DNA of 62,978 nt, counting the filler, from Licmophora abbreviata (lineage: Eukaryota), in assembly GCA_900291995.1 (NCBI GenBank). It is 18 parts of 18 records of this genome, joined end to end, with 100 filler letters (N's around TTAATTAATTAA, not from the genome) between each part and the next. Parts side by side here need not be neighbours in the genome. Positions count along the whole stretch, not along the records: positions 61,228 to 62,978 come from OLMU01003204.1; 17 more parts are not named here. One strand, given 5' to 3'. Shown here piece after piece: positions 61,379-62,978 of the stretch; within the stretch, counting starts at the first letter, position 1, and each line of letters begins with the position of its first letter. Under the pieces are notes generated by a model. It did not search any database. It was not told where the DNA came from and saw only the letters and a program-made list of their open reading frames with translations. The position numbers and the translations under genes are program-made.

Positions 61379-62978
61379 ATGACCACAAAACGTGATTCGT
61401 TGTTGGAGATATTTCGCAGTTTCTCATTGACGGTGACCGGTCACCATGACGACGAGGAAAGCAATTCTTCGCAAGATCAGGCATTGACGTCCTACTTTAG
61501 CAACTCGTCAGGCCGGTCAATATTGGCGCTTTCGGTTCAGTTACACTGTCCATCGGAAGAAGACTTAGATCGCTTCGTAAGATCGACGCGCATCCTCCCA
61601 GCACCCAACGCAGACGAGGAAGTGCACGACGCCCAGAATGACGACTCTTCGATTGGTGACTTCTCAATGAGATTTCAAGCCAATTGCAGTTCCGTGTCCA
61701 AATCAACCCGGGTATCAGTGGAAGGTATTACTATTCTATCCTCGTCGAAGAAGGGGAAGACACTAGTCTTCGAGACGGAGGTAGTCGTTCGAGCGTCATC
61801 TCCACCGACCGGATCAATCCCACGGAGAGTGAGTGCCTTGAGTGACACCAGCCAACGAAGATCGTCCTGCATATCTACCCAGCTTGAGTTTACGGCGGTT
61901 CTATCGTATGTGAGCTCTAGCAGACTCTCGTCAACTCCTACACCGGCAGTCCTTACACTGGATCTGGGAATGGGGAATTTCGCGTCGTCATCACCCCCCG
62001 AGTCTCAATTGTTGCCGGATGACACGCAAGCAATGCTGTCGCCCGTGAATCTTGACGTGTCCCTTACCAATGCGTTAGAAATATCGGTGAAGAGTGTTCC
62101 GGGCTCGTCATTTGGTAGCACCCTGGTGTCTCTTACCATGATGCATCCAAATACACATGAAGAGTCCGTCACGATCACAAATATTGTCTTACATCCTGGT
62201 CATTCGCGGCACGAAGCTCAGCAGTTCACCGATCGCAGTATGCCAGGTGGAGCGGATGTTGTTACAGATATGAGTCGATCTGTGCAGTGGGGTTATGTGC
62301 CCCGAACCGAACCCGATCTGCCCCTGACCCTCTACCCCCGCGAGTCGTATTCGACCGTGCTTACGATTGACGCCGCTGAAGACCTGCGCAGTCGATCGTT
62401 TGCGTCTCCCATTTCAGTTACGGCTGTAGTGGGATCATCAGGCAAATCTAACGGCAGGCAGCTCTCGTTCGTGGTTGCGGCCGACGCGCAGTGGATGACC
62501 GGACGGGTTGCTGTGGAACCAGCAGACGCATTCCGAGTTGATATGAGTCTTGAACAGAGCAGCTGCTTCGTTGGAGCTCCGTTCGTCATTTCTCTACGGG
62601 TATTGAATCTCAGTACAGAAACAAAGAATCTGATGCTCTTGATGGCCAAGGACGATGACACCTCGAGCCTGAAGCGAGGAACAGTCAACGCGGCTGTCGT
62701 CTCGGAAGTGAACGGGTACACGTTTGGAGTTTGGGGTCTCTCTGGAGACGATGATGGGACTTCAAGGTACATTCGAGACCACGAACTGCTTGCGATCGAT
62801 GCCGCTCTGTTGCTAGGCGAGGTAAAAGGTCAGCACTCGGTGGATGCCGAATTGCGCTTTGTACCTCTACGTGAAGGGACGTTGGACGTTCCCAATCTGA
62901 AGCTTTACGAAAAAACGAAAGGCAAATGGTACAGCTGTTCCCATAAACTGAGAGTCGTGGCTGCGACGAAAACTGATT
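61379..62978 (+). CDS. TRAPPII Trs65/TRAPPC13-14-like protein; runs off the window and is absent from the ORF track
   Basis: Open frame of 533 codons from MTTKRDSLLEIF to the window end; beta-sandwich-like segments VGAPFVISLRVLNLS and LLGEVKGQHSVDAELRFVPLREGTLDVPNLKLYE. Confidence 0.6.
   Translation, partial: MTTKRDSLLEIFRSFSLTVTGHHDDEESNSSQDQALTSYFSNSSGRSILALSVQLHCPSEEDLDRFVRSTRILPAPNADEEVHDAQNDDSSIGDFSMRFQANCSSVSKSTRVSVEGITILSSSKKGKTLVFETEVVVRASSPPTGSIPRRVSALSDTSQRRSSCISTQLEFTAVLSYVSSSRLSSTPTPAVLTLDLGMGNFASSSPPESQLLPDDTQAMLSPVNLDVSLTNALEISVKSVPGSSFGSTLVSLTMMHPNTHEESVTITNIVLHPGHSRHEAQQFTDRSMPGGADVVTDMSRSVQWGYVPRTEPDLPLTLYPRESYSTVLTIDAAEDLRSRSFASPISVTAVVGSSGKSNGRQLSFVVAADAQWMTGRVAVEPADAFRVDMSLEQSSCFVGAPFVISLRVLNLSTETKNLMLLMAKDDDTSSLKRGTVNAAVVSEVNGYTFGVWGLSGDDDGTSRYIRDHELLAIDAALLLGEVKGQHSVDAELRFVPLREGTLDVPNLKLYEKTKGKWYSCSHKLRVVAATKTD

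Noticed and set aside
61432..61445. 14-bp palindrome GGTGACCGGTCACC
   Set aside because: Single occurrence inside a coding frame; one such palindrome is expected by chance in 63 kb.

Overview
Gene-dense eukaryotic nuclear DNA, most likely from a diatom or related ochrophyte. Support: short GT-AG introns, bipartite plastid-targeting presequences with ASAF-like motifs, and a nuclear-encoded sigma70 factor, ALB3 and FabF. About 38 protein-coding genes can be read, mostly housekeeping: HMG-box protein, PCH2/TRIP13, TTC27, SLC25A39/40, REV1, AlkB-like, RAD23, ATG12, SRRM1, a NiCoT-like transporter, 4CL-like ligase, sigma factor, TCAB1, BRX1, USP39, PPase, SEC66-like, ALB3, GNB1L/ASA1, TauE, TRAPPC2, RBM22, RING1, LSM6, GMD, a TPM-RING protein, a sulfotransferase-like protein, RPB5, a POT transporter, FabF and a Trs65-like protein. 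Seventeen artificial 100-nt N-TTAATTAATTAA-N linkers interrupt the assembly. No prokaryote-type system (CRISPR array, operon, prophage) is visible. The items not explained by the ORF track that most deserve follow-up are a decayed Ran pseudogene, a 356-bp TTAA-flanked inverted-repeat element just upstream of REV1, an orphan Cys-rich protein with four CxxCH motifs, UBZ-AlkB and TPM-TM-RING fusions, and a possible intronic C/D snoRNA in BRX1. All family calls come from motif recognition; no database search was run.
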